Part shown: in pieces, positions 9,660 through 19,184 of the stretch | Numbering within the stretch: position 1 is the stretch's first letter | How the letters are laid out: each line of letters begins with the position of its first letter | Sequence record: MZ574431.2 | DNA: 64,000 nt | Direction: 5' to 3' (one strand) | Notes under the pieces: model-generated | The model's input: only the letters and a program-made list of their open reading frames with translations | Told to the model about the DNA's origin: nothing | Database searches by the model: none | Made by a program: the position numbers and the translations under genes

Positions 9660-9988
9660 ACCGGACCATCAAGAACATCCTCCAGGCCAGCGCCATGATC
9701 GCTGCGATCCTGGTCCCCTTCGTCGGGGGAGCCTACGCCCTGGGCGCCCAGGCCCACAAGGCCCCGCGCTTGGAGGCCGGTGGCTTCCGCTGGCGGGGGC
9801 AGGCCTCGCCGCCTGTGCTGACCAAGGTGCTGACCATGCCGCGCAACAACTGCACGCTCTACCGCGTCGACACCGAGGGCACGCGCCTCTACCTCGTCAC
9901 CTCCGAGGACATCAGCGGCGAGCCCTATGGCGACCTGCAATGCCAAATCACCTCGGTGGCCAAGCCCGCACCCGAAGAGGATGACTGA
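9656..9988 (+). CDS. secreted/membrane-anchored hypothetical protein
   Basis: N-terminal hydrophobic signal. Confidence 0.65.
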   Translation: MNRTIKNILQASAMIAAILVPFVGGAYALGAQAHKAPRLEAGGFRWRGQASPPVLTKVLTMPRNNCTLYRVDTEGTRLYLVTSEDISGEPYGDLQCQITSVAKPAPEEDD

Positions 9989-9991
9989 TCC

Positions 9992-10360
9992 ATGACCCGC
10001 GAAGAGATCAATGGGCTGCTGGCCCTGTCGGGCATCAAGCCGGTCCTGGGCGCCGGCGGCGAGGGCGTCTGGGAAATTCCCGACGGCTATATGCGTGACC
10101 GCTCCGTTCCCTGGTGGCTGGTGCGCACCGACTGGGGCATGCTCAAGATCGGCTGGCGCAAGCGGGTCATCAACATCGACTGGGAAGACACGCCCATTCG
10201 TGAGAAGATCATCGACGAGGTCAACATCACCAGCGAGGAGACCTACGTCCACGCCTGGAGCACGGCCGAGGCGGTGCGCTATCTGACCGAGTGGCGCAAG
10301 GTGGCGCAGACCTATGCCGCGCGCATGGAAGCCTATAGGATTGAGCAGGCCTACGGCTGA
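9992..10360 (+). CDS. hypothetical phage protein
   Basis: PWWLV.T..G..KIGWRKRVINIDW conserved-looking motif. Confidence 0.7.
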   Translation: MTREEINGLLALSGIKPVLGAGGEGVWEIPDGYMRDRSVPWWLVRTDWGMLKIGWRKRVINIDWEDTPIREKIIDEVNITSEETYVHAWSTAEAVRYLTEWRKVAQTYAARMEAYRIEQAYG

Positions 10361-10369
10361 CGGCGTACA

Positions 10370-10410
10370 ATAAAACGGTTGACAGGCTCCGCTGCCCCGA
10401 CTTAGATGGA
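10370..10410 (+). promoter_or_regulatory. putative sigma70 promoter
   Basis: TAAAACGGTTGACA (-35 at 10379) in intergenic gap. Confidence 0.5.
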
Positions 10411-10440
10411 GCCAACATCCATTCGAGCGGAGATCATGGC

Positions 10441-10836
10441 TTGTCACTGAACCCCTACTACCCGTTCGTCGTCATCGGCAACGACGTGGCCGCCTACGGC
10501 GACGCGGTCCTGAACCCGTCGGAGACGATCCTGATCATCCAACTGAAGGGCTCCTTGGAGGAGCTTGAGGATGAACTGGAGGAGGTCGGCAAGCGCTACC
10601 GCGCCGAGATGGAGAGCAAGATCGCCGACCTGAAGGCCGACATCGCCGACCTCCAGCAGCAGCGCGTCAAAGCCTTCCTAGCCGACCCCGACGGCGTCGT
10701 TCGGCCTCTGCGCGAGTTCCTGGCCGACCGCAAGCAGGTGCTGGCCGAGACCGTCGATCCCAACGCCCGTGAGCACCTCACGATCGTGATCACCGAGATC
10801 GAGGCCGCCTTCGCCGAGTTGGGCGTGGCGGCATGA
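10441..10836 (+). CDS. coiled-coil hypothetical protein
   Basis: ORF track; heptad-rich; start uncertain. Confidence 0.55.
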   Translation: MSLNPYYPFVVIGNDVAAYGDAVLNPSETILIIQLKGSLEELEDELEEVGKRYRAEMESKIADLKADIADLQQQRVKAFLADPDGVVRPLREFLADRKQVLAETVDPNAREHLTIVITEIEAAFAELGVAA

Positions 10837-11219
10837 TCGACCCGCGCGAAGTCAAGGCTCTCTACTTTGACGTCGTCGCGACCGATGGCGATTTCATCGA
10901 GGGTATCACGGGCGCCTTCTGCCTGAACCTGGAGGCCCTGGCGCGGCATCGCGAAGCGGTGCGCGACTGGGTCGATCAGATCGCCGACGAGTTCCAGCGC
11001 GGCAAGGGCGAGGGCATGTCGTTCCTGCGCCTGTGCATCGACGCCGACGGCGTCCAGTGGACCGGCGAGCAGCAGGTCTGCGAACTGCTCTACGTGCTGG
11101 CCGCCGGTCTCAACATGGCGCGCTTCTGCATGCCGCGAGACATCTGGCCGCACATGCCCGGCGGCGTGCCCTACGTCGTCTTCGACCGCGAGGGCAGCCT
11201 GACGCCGATCGCGACCTGA
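10833..11219 (+). CDS. hypothetical phage protein
   Basis: ATGA coupling; ...W..MPGG.PY motif. Confidence 0.7.
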   Translation: MIDPREVKALYFDVVATDGDFIEGITGAFCLNLEALARHREAVRDWVDQIADEFQRGKGEGMSFLRLCIDADGVQWTGEQQVCELLYVLAAGLNMARFCMPRDIWPHMPGGVPYVVFDREGSLTPIAT

Positions 11220-11220
11220 G

Positions 11221-11265
11221 TTACGCATAGGCGTAAGTTCGGCCCGAAAATACGCCTATCCGTAA
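11221..11265. repeat. 15-bp-arm inverted repeat
   Basis: TTACGCATAGGCGTA / TACGCCTATCCGTAA, 1 mismatch; inner TTCGG/CCGAA. Confidence 0.8.
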
Positions 11266-11267
11266 AC

Positions 11268-11309
11268 GCAAGAAAGCTGTTGACATCCTCCAGGCTGTGC
11301 GGCTAGATC
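11268..11309 (+). promoter_or_regulatory. housekeeping-sigma promoter
   Basis: GCAAGAAAGCTG-TTGACA-N16-GCTAGATC, matching the Caulobacter TTGACG/GCTANAWC consensus. Confidence 0.8.
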
Positions 11310-11334
11310 GGCTCAACGTTCACTGGAGGCGGCC

Positions 11335-11592
11335 TTGAAGTTCCTGCGCAAGCTCTTTGGTCTCTGCGACCACGTCTGGGAGAAGATGCAAGACCCCAAG
11401 GTCGAGCGCCGGTTGGTGCGCGGTGACTACGAGGATCGCTTCGACACCGCCGACAAGGAAGACATGGTCCACGTGCGGACCTACCACTTCCAGGCCTGCC
11501 TGCGCTGTGGCGTGATCGCCACCTACCACATCGAACACGAGAGGTTCCGGGCCGCCACCTACAAAGGCGACCTGTCCTCGATCAGCCTGTAG
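11335..11592 (+). CDS. hypothetical protein with Zn-ribbon-like C/H motifs
   Basis: GGAGG RBS, TTG start; LFGLC.H.W and C.RCG. Confidence 0.6.
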   Translation: MKFLRKLFGLCDHVWEKMQDPKVERRLVRGDYEDRFDTADKEDMVHVRTYHFQACLRCGVIATYHIEHERFRAATYKGDLSSISL

Positions 11593-11600
11593 GAGAGCCC

Positions 11601-12275
11601 GTGCGCTTTGTTGCCCCTGCCCTGGCCCGCAAGGTCCTGGAGGAGTCCCGCTTCTTCACCGAGGACGCGCCCTTCACCGGCCGGCTCTATGACGGCGACC
11701 CGCGCCTGACGCTGATCGTCGGCGAGAACGCGGCGGGCAAGAGCCTGTTCTTCCGGGTGATGAACGCGCACGCCAAGCTCGATCACGGCATCACCGGCAT
11801 CACCATCTCGATCCGCGAGCGCACCGACAGCAGCGTGCCGTTCCGCCGCATGTTCATGTTCGGCGACGAGGCCGAACAGTCGACCGGCGCCACGTCCTTC
11901 AAGACCATCCTGTCGGGCTTCAACACCGCCAATGGCGACCAGCAGGGCAAGACCATGCTGATGATCGACGAGCCCGAGATGGGCCTGTCCGATGGCTACG
12001 CCCGCGCGCTGGGCGAGTACCTGGGGCAGCAGGCCCACAAGCTCGAAGACAACTGCCACGGCCTTGTGGTGGTGACCCACAACCGTCCCCTGGCCGCCGG
12101 CTTGCAGGTGGGCCTGGGCGCGGCGCCGACCTTCGTGTGCCTGGGCTCCGATCCCGTCGATCTGGCCTCCTGGCAGACGCGCCAGGAGGTTCGTACGGTT
12201 GACGACCTCTTTGCGTTGAAAGACCTTGCCCTGGAGCGCTGGCGCAAGACCAACACCCTGATGAAGGAGAAGTGA
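11601..12275 (+). CDS. stand-alone ABC/AAA-type ATPase
   Basis: Walker A GENAAGKS, Walker B MIDEPE, H-loop VVTH. Confidence 0.8.
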   Translation: MRFVAPALARKVLEESRFFTEDAPFTGRLYDGDPRLTLIVGENAAGKSLFFRVMNAHAKLDHGITGITISIRERTDSSVPFRRMFMFGDEAEQSTGATSFKTILSGFNTANGDQQGKTMLMIDEPEMGLSDGYARALGEYLGQQAHKLEDNCHGLVVVTHNRPLAAGLQVGLGAAPTFVCLGSDPVDLASWQTRQEVRTVDDLFALKDLALERWRKTNTLMKEK

Positions 12276-12547
12276 TGGACGACTTCATGTCCCGTCGCCT
12301 GGACCAGATGGAGCCGATCGGCGCGCGCATGGGCGTGCGACTGGGTCTGCACTTCATGGTCTACGTCTCGCTCGTCACCCTGGCCGGCCAGACCTATACC
12401 CGCATCGAACGCGAGGACGACAGCGATCGCCTGCACCTGCTGGGCGAGATCGGCAATGTCGATGCGGCCACCGCCTGGGCCAAGCAGAAAGCCGGTCCCG
12501 AGGACCAGAAGCTGATGTGGGAAGCCTACCTGATGGAACTGGCCTGA
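12272..12547 (+). CDS. hypothetical protein
   Basis: coupled ORF. Confidence 0.55.
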   Translation: MMDDFMSRRLDQMEPIGARMGVRLGLHFMVYVSLVTLAGQTYTRIEREDDSDRLHLLGEIGNVDAATAWAKQKAGPEDQKLMWEAYLMELA

Positions 12548-12804
12548 TGTCGAGCGCCTACCAGACGGAGATGGGAGACATCCACCGCGCCGAGATCGAG
12601 GGCGACCTGAAGGTCCTTCTCACCCCGCACATGCAGGTCTCCGACGCGCTTCGCCGCGAGATCGCCAAGGTCGCCAACGCCGTCGACTATGCCGACTGCT
12701 GGCCCGGCGCGCCGCTGAACGTCGAGGAGATCATCCACGCCTACGCCATCGTCGAAGCCGTGCGCGCCAACGGGTTCGTGGCCCCGCCGGAGCTTGACGT
12801 CTGA
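12547..12804 (+). CDS. hypothetical protein (paralog family with 13373, 16288)
   Basis: EEIIHAYAIVEAVRANG motif. Confidence 0.6.
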   Translation: MSSAYQTEMGDIHRAEIEGDLKVLLTPHMQVSDALRREIAKVANAVDYADCWPGAPLNVEEIIHAYAIVEAVRANGFVAPPELDV

Positions 12805-12823
12805 TGGGAATTCTCCTGGCGGC

Positions 12824-12853
12824 TTGACGCCCTTCATGGCGCCGTGCTACGCC
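12824..12853 (+). promoter_or_regulatory. housekeeping-sigma promoter
   Basis: TTGACG-N16-GCTACGCC. Confidence 0.65.
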
Positions 12854-12860
12854 TGACGAC

Positions 12861-13376
12861 ATGAAGGAGCTTCACCATCAGGACCTATGGGTCGTCCAGG
12901 CGCCGGGCAAGGCGCGTCTCGTCCACGGGACCGAGCAGGACGCCGAGGCGCGCACGAGCGACGTGGCAAGCTGGACTAATGGTCCGGCGGAATACTGGCC
13001 GCTGACCGACGCCTACCGCATCCTTCACCAGGACGCCATCTCGGCGCTGGAGCGCCGGCGCATGGTCAACCTGATTACCATCCTGGGGCAGGTGGCCAAG
13101 GGCTCGACCCTGCTCGTCACCGGCAAGGCCGGCGATGCTCGCCCCGAACTGGTCTCCAAGGATGACGTCGACGCCTCCAGCGCCATGATCCTGGCCGGCG
13201 CGGCGATCCATCGTCTGAAGAAGGCCGCCGAGGCTGGCGAGCCGGTGATGCTGGGCCTGGGCGATGTCGAGAAGATCATCGAAGGCTGGGCCGTGGCGAT
13301 CGCCCGCTCCAGCCGCCTGGGCTATCTGGAACAAATGCTGAGCGGCGTGGTGCCGTGGGAGGGCGTTGAGCCATGA
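12861..13376 (+). CDS. hypothetical protein
   Basis: ORF track. Confidence 0.6.
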   Translation: MKELHHQDLWVVQAPGKARLVHGTEQDAEARTSDVASWTNGPAEYWPLTDAYRILHQDAISALERRRMVNLITILGQVAKGSTLLVTGKAGDARPELVSKDDVDASSAMILAGAAIHRLKKAAEAGEPVMLGLGDVEKIIEGWAVAIARSSRLGYLEQMLSGVVPWEGVEP

Positions 13377-13633
13377 GCGAAGAGTACGACACCGACGATC
13401 ACCGCAAGGACATGTTGGACTTCATCGCCCCGGTCGAGGCCGAGTTCGATGACGACTTCGACAATCCCACGTTCAAGCGCTCGCTCAACGAGGCCGGCTA
13501 CACCATGAGCGAACTGAACCTCTGGCACGACCTGGAAGGCGGCCTGACGTCGGAGGCCATCATCCAGGCCTGGGCGCTGATCGAGACCCTGCGGCGCAAC
13601 GGTGGCAAGTTCCCGCCCAAACTGAGGATGTGA
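13373..13633 (+). CDS. hypothetical protein (paralog family)
   Basis: EAIIQAWALIETLRRNG motif. Confidence 0.65.
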   Translation: MSEEYDTDDHRKDMLDFIAPVEAEFDDDFDNPTFKRSLNEAGYTMSELNLWHDLEGGLTSEAIIQAWALIETLRRNGGKFPPKLRM

Positions 13634-14022
13634 GCATGGACCAGCAAGACATCGCCACCTCCAACCATCCCTGGTTCCTGGCCGCGCTCGTCAAGTACGC
13701 CAAGCTCGGTCCACAGGCGTGGATCGTCTGCGAGCGCACCAACGACCAAGACCATCTGCCGGGTCTGCTGAAGGGAACCTGGACGGTCGACGGTCACGTC
13801 AACTACGCCTCGTTCGACGAGAGCCACGTCTATGGCCACTTCGCCACCGAGGCCGAAGCGCACAAGGCCCTGGAATACGCCCACGTCAACTGGAGCACCA
13901 ACATCACCGCCGTGCTGCAAGCCGAGGCCGTCTTGAAGCAGGCCGTCAAGAACTGCCAGCAAGGCGCCATCGACATGGCCCGCGCACTCGCCCAGGTGCT
14001 GGATGAGGGTCGCGCCTCGTGA
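13630..14022 (+). CDS. hypothetical protein
   Basis: coupled ORF. Confidence 0.65.
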   Translation: MSMDQQDIATSNHPWFLAALVKYAKLGPQAWIVCERTNDQDHLPGLLKGTWTVDGHVNYASFDESHVYGHFATEAEAHKALEYAHVNWSTNITAVLQAEAVLKQAVKNCQQGAIDMARALAQVLDEGRAS

Positions 14023-14450
14023 TCCAGGCTTGGCCGCAGGGCTATAGCTTCGAGCGCGACGAACTCCTGGCCCTGGTCAAGACCCTGGACCAGTACGATG
14101 CGGCCACGCGCTCCAACTTCCTGGGTCTCGTCGCCGAGGAGGCCAGGGGCGGGTCCGTCGCGCTCCTCTCCAAGGTCTGGCCGCCGCAGCACCGGCAGTT
14201 CTGGCTGAGCATGACCGGCGTTCAAGAGCGCCTGTTCATCCGCTGCTTCGAGCACATTCGCTATGGCGAGGCGCCGCTGAAGATCACCGACGAAGGCGTC
14301 AAGCTGCTGCACCTCTTCGCCGAATTCTATCCTGACGAGATCGCCGATCACATTGGCCCTCACGCCGCCAAATGGACCCACCTGCGGCCTCCGCCCAAGG
14401 AGAAGCCCGCCAAGAAGCCCAAGAAAGACGCCTCATGTTCGGCTGGTTGA
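14019..14450 (+). CDS. hypothetical protein
   Basis: GTGA coupling. Confidence 0.6.
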   Translation: MIQAWPQGYSFERDELLALVKTLDQYDAATRSNFLGLVAEEARGGSVALLSKVWPPQHRQFWLSMTGVQERLFIRCFEHIRYGEAPLKITDEGVKLLHLFAEFYPDEIADHIGPHAAKWTHLRPPPKEKPAKKPKKDASCSAG

Positions 14451-14875
14451 AGACCCTGTTTGGCAAGGCCGACAAGGTGATGAGCACCGAGATCGTCAAC
14501 CTCGCTGAACTGGCCGCCGCCAAGCGCTTTGGCGAGCACCGCATCATGCAGACCGACAAGGACGTCTTCCAGGTCCAGATTTGCGACCGAGAAGGCGATT
14601 GGCGGCCCGTGGGCTGGCGCGTTTCGCGCACCTATTACGAGTATGAGTATCGCGGCGATTTCTACAAGAAGACTCGGGAAGAAGCGATCGCCTTTGGCAA
14701 GGCGGTCGAGGAAAAGGTCAGAGGAGATGTCTTGCAGGAAGTTCTACGCCTGCGAGAGCATAACAATATACTCTACCCGACTGAGTATGGCGTCCAGCCT
14801 ATCCATGCCAGGGTCTCCGATGATGGTCTGCTGATCCAGGCCGTGCGCGAGATTAATCAGAAGCTGCGCCGCTGA
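14435..14875 (+). CDS. hypothetical protein
   Basis: start MFGWLK; 3' part has atypical low-GC codons. Confidence 0.6.
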   Translation: MFGWLKTLFGKADKVMSTEIVNLAELAAAKRFGEHRIMQTDKDVFQVQICDREGDWRPVGWRVSRTYYEYEYRGDFYKKTREEAIAFGKAVEEKVRGDVLQEVLRLREHNNILYPTEYGVQPIHARVSDDGLLIQAVREINQKLRR

Positions 14876-15189
14876 TGCGCCGGCGCGCTCACGAAGTCCT
14901 GGCCATGCTGATCGCCGCGCCGCCGGACGAGAACGACATCCTCTGTGATCGCGGCACGTGCTACGCCGGCAACGTGCGGATCGCGCGCGCCACGGTCGAT
15001 GAGCTTCTCTGCCATCTAGCGATCACCCGCGACGGCGAGGAGATCGGCGACCGGTACGTGGTCAACAGCACCGGGCGCGCCATCCACCGCCGGCCGGCCC
15101 TGGCGCCTGAGATCATGAAGGTGATGGGCCAGCAACTGCCCTTCCGCATCGACGCAGACGACCAGATCAAAATCCTGGAGGACCTGTGA
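14875..15189 (+). CDS. hypothetical protein
   Basis: TGATG coupling. Confidence 0.6.
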   Translation: MRRRAHEVLAMLIAAPPDENDILCDRGTCYAGNVRIARATVDELLCHLAITRDGEEIGDRYVVNSTGRAIHRRPALAPEIMKVMGQQLPFRIDADDQIKILEDL

Positions 15190-15638
15190 CCCTCGACGAC
15201 GCTGTCCAGCGCCTGCCGACCTTGATGCTCCTGGCCTCCGGGGGCGGGCGCTGGACGCGCCTGCGTGACACCTCGATCGACGTGCCGCTGCTCAATGCCT
15301 TGTTGGCCAACGACATCGTCATCCTGGAGCACTACAAGAAGCCGCAGATCGTCCGGGGTAAGCAGCGCTTTTTCTACATGCTGGGGCTCACCCAGGCTGG
15401 AGACCGGCTGGCCGCCGCGATCAGCGACGCGTTTCGCCACGGCAATCTGGCCTGGGCGGCGGAAGGGCACGATGGTGTGGGGCGTCACGCCATGCGCCAG
15501 GAATGGGGTCTGCCGTCGACGAGCTATGTCAGCGGCCTCTATCATCGCCGCAAGGTGCTCACGCCCAGCCCTTGCAAACGACGAGACGAAATGAAGGCCG
15601 CCGCCCTGAAAGGTCTGGCCGCCTGGAGAGCTTCCTGA
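15186..15638 (+). CDS. hypothetical protein
   Basis: GTGA coupling. Confidence 0.55.
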   Translation: MTLDDAVQRLPTLMLLASGGGRWTRLRDTSIDVPLLNALLANDIVILEHYKKPQIVRGKQRFFYMLGLTQAGDRLAAAISDAFRHGNLAWAAEGHDGVGRHAMRQEWGLPSTSYVSGLYHRRKVLTPSPCKRRDEMKAAALKGLAAWRAS

Positions 15639-16291
15639 TGCGCACCGGCGTCTTCGATCGCACCTACAACAAGGACAAGAGCTACTGGGTGGTGCGCGGG
15701 TTCTCCGAGCGCTCGCAGACCTACGTCTATCCTCATCACGGCTGGTCGTGGACCAGTTGGGTGGAGGACATCCGCGAGACCTACGAGACGCTGGACCGGG
15801 CCAAGGGCGCGATCGCCAGCGGCTACATCAAGGACATGATCAAGACCCAGAAGGTGGTCGACATCGTGTTCATCCATGTCGAGCGCACGCGCAAGATCAT
15901 CGAGCACGAGGTGATCACCGCTTATGGCGCGGATGGGAAGCCCTCGACCCTGGCCGAGCCCGAGATCGTCACCGAGAACTGGGACCTCCAGATCGACAAC
16001 TATCTGGGCGTGAGCCTTGCGGATGATACCCGCAACCCGCCGGCCCTCTATTGTCGGGCCACGTCGATCCGCAATGGCAAGGCCTATCTTCGGGTCATCA
16101 ATGGCGCTTGGACTCTCGTCGTGCGCCTGGGCGCCGACGGCGTCCTGACCGTCGATGAAGAGACGCAAGGCGGCGAGGTGGGCACCCCCGTGGTCGTTCA
16201 CTTTGTCGGCGTTCCCGATCCCCATGTCAGCGCCAGCGACTACGATCATCAGATCGAATTCTACCGCGAAAAACAGGGCATTTCGGCATGA
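15638..16291 (+). CDS. hypothetical protein
   Basis: start reassigned to TGATG overlap. Confidence 0.65.
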   Translation: MRTGVFDRTYNKDKSYWVVRGFSERSQTYVYPHHGWSWTSWVEDIRETYETLDRAKGAIASGYIKDMIKTQKVVDIVFIHVERTRKIIEHEVITAYGADGKPSTLAEPEIVTENWDLQIDNYLGVSLADDTRNPPALYCRATSIRNGKAYLRVINGAWTLVVRLGADGVLTVDEETQGGEVGTPVVVHFVGVPDPHVSASDYDHQIEFYREKQGISA

Positions 16292-16599
16292 GCATCGAAG
16301 ACCTCGAAGAAGACCTCGCCAAGCGCTTCGATGGCGGTGGCTATGCGGTGCGCAAGTACGCTCGCGAGCAGTTTGGGCGCATGACCCTGGACATGCCAGC
16401 CCTGCCTGATCTTCCCGACACCGACGAGGTTGATACCGCCATTGCCTTCGCCAACCACTTTGGCTGGTTCGAGACCAAGCTGGACGTCGACGCCGTGATC
16501 GCCGCCTGGAGCTTGGTTGAGACCTTCCGCCAAGCTCCGGCCGGCGCAATGGACGCCCTGCTGGCCCGCATCAACGATCACATGGAGAGTCTGAAATGA
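16288..16599 (+). CDS. hypothetical protein (paralog family)
   Basis: DAVIAAWSLVETFR motif. Confidence 0.6.
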   Translation: MSIEDLEEDLAKRFDGGGYAVRKYAREQFGRMTLDMPALPDLPDTDEVDTAIAFANHFGWFETKLDVDAVIAAWSLVETFRQAPAGAMDALLARINDHMESLK

Positions 16600-17255
16600 C
16601 CCCGACCCGCCGCCACCTCCTCGCCGCGATCGCTGCCACCCCGCTCCTGGGTTCGACCGCCCTGGCCGCGCCGGCCTTCAGCAACATTCGGCCCTCGACG
16701 ATCGAGGCCCTGCTGATCGATCGCGTCTCATCCGGCGACCTGACCTTCGTCGCCCGTAACCCGACCATGCTGGCCCTGGCGCGCGCCATGGCTGACGGCA
16801 TGTACCTGACCCGCCAGAGCGTCACCACGCCGGGCGCGCCGCCGGTCTTCGACGTCACCAAGCTGGGCGTGCGCCACGGTCACTACCTCCTGGCCGAGCG
16901 CCTCTATGACGGCGCCGGCGGCAAGCGCGCGGTCCAACTGATGCGCGACTGTTACGCGCTGGCCAAAGCGCGTCAGAGCCTTCCCGTCGCCGAGCAGGTG
17001 ACGCTCGTGCCGCAGGCGCAGCGTAATCTCATCCAGCAGGTCCGCGACGGCGGTCGAACGATCCTGACCCTGGACCACGCCCGCGAGAACGACTGGCGAA
17101 TGGCCCTCCTGCGCGCGGGCAAGCTTCGTCCCTACGGCTACCTGATGACCACCAACTACTTCATCGTCGAGGCCACACCGGCCTTCCTGACGGAGAAGGG
17201 CAAGGCCCAGGCCAAGCGCATGGCCGAACTGCGAGCCGAACTGGGTCTGGCATGA
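16596..17255 (+). CDS. Tat-signal protein, paralog 1
   Basis: MTPTRRHLL + hydrophobic stretch + ALA cleavage site; W....L..G.LRP..Y. Confidence 0.7.
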   Translation: MTPTRRHLLAAIAATPLLGSTALAAPAFSNIRPSTIEALLIDRVSSGDLTFVARNPTMLALARAMADGMYLTRQSVTTPGAPPVFDVTKLGVRHGHYLLAERLYDGAGGKRAVQLMRDCYALAKARQSLPVAEQVTLVPQAQRNLIQQVRDGGRTILTLDHARENDWRMALLRAGKLRPYGYLMTTNYFIVEATPAFLTEKGKAQAKRMAELRAELGLA

Positions 17256-17563
17256 GCCACGCCACCCACACCCTGGGCGCGCGGTACTACTACACCGTCG
17301 AGGCGACGGCGCGGCGCAAGAGCCCGACGGGCGGGGCCGACACCACGTGGCCGATCTTCCTGGCCGGCAGCCGCCATGTGCTGCACGGCTGGGCGCAGTC
17401 GCCGGGGCACCTGACCAGTTCGTTCCCCTTCCAGTTCCAGCGGCTGGAGGAGGCCAAGGCCGCCGCCTATGCGCCGGTCACCGGCTTCACCGTCGAGAAC
17501 GTGGTCATCTCCCTGACCATCATCGAAACCAAGTCCACCACCAAGATCGTCGAGCACGTCTGA
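17252..17563 (+). CDS. hypothetical protein
   Basis: ATGA coupling. Confidence 0.6.
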   Translation: MSHATHTLGARYYYTVEATARRKSPTGGADTTWPIFLAGSRHVLHGWAQSPGHLTSSFPFQFQRLEEAKAAAYAPVTGFTVENVVISLTIIETKSTTKIVEHV

Positions 17564-17564
17564 T

Positions 17565-17903
17565 ATGACGACCCTTAATCCCCGCAAGACCGTCTCCGAG
17601 ACGAGCGAACACTATATCACCGTCAGGGCGCTCGCCCTCTTCGACAAGCCACGCGGCGAAGTCGGCTCCGCGCCGGTCGAGTACAAGGGCCGCGATGGAC
17701 GCATGGCCGGCTGGCGGCTGGACGAGCAGCCTTTCCTCGCCTTACGTGGTGAGCTTGAACCCTATCGCTTCAAGACCCTGGAGGAGGCCCAGCAGGTCGT
17801 CGCCCAAATGCAGGTCTCGGGCTTCAAGGTCATCGATGTCGTCTATCGTGAGCATCGGGTAACGACCGTCCGCTCCGTCGAGATCACCGAGCACCACGAA
17901 TGA
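17565..17903 (+). CDS. hypothetical protein
   Basis: ORF track; shares F..LEEA motif with upstream gene. Confidence 0.6.
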   Translation: MTTLNPRKTVSETSEHYITVRALALFDKPRGEVGSAPVEYKGRDGRMAGWRLDEQPFLALRGELEPYRFKTLEEAQQVVAQMQVSGFKVIDVVYREHRVTTVRSVEITEHHE

Positions 17904-18205
17904 ACCTCACTCCCTACAAGGTCGTGATCCGCCGCTACCAGCACGAGGGCTTGAACGGCGACCGCTCCACCCGCAAGGTTCCCTACTTCAACTACGAGGT
18001 GGTGGCGATCCGCGAGGACGGCATGGAGATGACCGGCAAGAAGCTCGACGGCTATGACGGCTTCCACTGCGCGCCGGCCTCCGACCGCCTCAAGGAGGCC
18101 GAGGACTTCGCCCTGGACCTGTCCGACTTCCTCCAGGCCGAATTGCTGCCAATGGAAACCTACCAGCCCTTCGTCACCACCTCCTGGAAAAAGGTCGAGT
18201 CATGA
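17900..18205 (+). CDS. hypothetical protein
   Basis: ATGA coupling. Confidence 0.65.
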   Translation: MNLTPYKVVIRRYQHEGLNGDRSTRKVPYFNYEVVAIREDGMEMTGKKLDGYDGFHCAPASDRLKEAEDFALDLSDFLQAELLPMETYQPFVTTSWKKVES

Positions 18206-18897
18206 TCTCCCGCCGTACTCTTCTGCGCGCCGCCGGCGCCACCGCCGCGATCATCGCCCTGCCCGCCCACGCCGCCCTGCCGACCCTGGACGAGCGCATC
18301 GACGCGATCCTGGCCAAGCACATCCACAACGGCGACCTGGAGATCAGCGGCAAGGCCATCGATGGCGAGGTGATCGCCGCCATGGTCGAGGATTGGCTGA
18401 TCGACCGGACCATCCTCTTCCACCGCGTCTGGGTGACGAGCGAGGGTAAGACGATCGCCGATCAGGTCTACAAGATCAACAGGCGCGGTATTGAGCGCGG
18501 GCAGATCGCCCTGGCCCATCGCCTGAGTCCACACGCCGGCATGCTGATGCGCACCGCGTTCGAACTGAACCAGAGCCCGCTTCGTCGGCAGGACTATCCC
18601 GAGGTGGCCCAGCGCGCCCGCAAGCGCGTCTTCACCGACCCGCCGATCGGCGGCGCCCTTCCCGTCGTCGTCCTGACGCCTGAGCAGGCCGAGGCCGGCG
18701 ACTGGCGCATGCACGCGCTGCGCAACGCCTATCTGCGCCCGGTGCGCTATGGCAAGACCCTGCTGGCCCTGGAGCGCACGCCGCTGGGCGTGGAATGGTT
18801 CGAGAGCCACGAAGCCTTCCTGAACCAAGTTCAGTCGGTCACCGCCCGCGTCTCCCATCAACACCCCAACCTTAGCTATGGCATCGGCAAGGCATGA
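18202..18897 (+). CDS. Tat-signal protein, paralog 2
   Basis: MISRRTLL + AHA cleavage site; WRMHAL...LRPVRY..LERTP. Confidence 0.7.
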   Translation: MISRRTLLRAAGATAAIIALPAHAALPTLDERIDAILAKHIHNGDLEISGKAIDGEVIAAMVEDWLIDRTILFHRVWVTSEGKTIADQVYKINRRGIERGQIALAHRLSPHAGMLMRTAFELNQSPLRRQDYPEVAQRARKRVFTDPPIGGALPVVVLTPEQAEAGDWRMHALRNAYLRPVRYGKTLLALERTPLGVEWFESHEAFLNQVQSVTARVSHQHPNLSYGIGKA

Positions 18898-19184
18898 GCG
18901 AGCGCGAACTGGTCATCGTCGACAAGGAGCGCGAGGTCGTCGAGCTTCTGGAAGGCGGCTATCTCTGGACGGTGCTGTCCTGGCGCGTCGATGACTATGC
19001 GCCGACCCTGATCGAGAAGTTCCAGAGCGCGGACTGGGCGATCGTCTGCGCCGAGCAGCGGGTCGCCGAAGGCTACCACCGGGTCGAGGCCTATCACGCC
19101 ATCGCCTTCTCGTTCTGGACCGACGCGGTCGAACAGGAGCGGCTCTATCTGATGGAAGAACAGCGCCAAGAGGTATCTGGCTGA
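18894..19184 (+). CDS. hypothetical protein
   Basis: ATGA coupling. Confidence 0.6.
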   Translation: MSERELVIVDKEREVVELLEGGYLWTVLSWRVDDYAPTLIEKFQSADWAIVCAEQRVAEGYHRVEAYHAIAFSFWTDAVEQERLYLMEEQRQEVSG

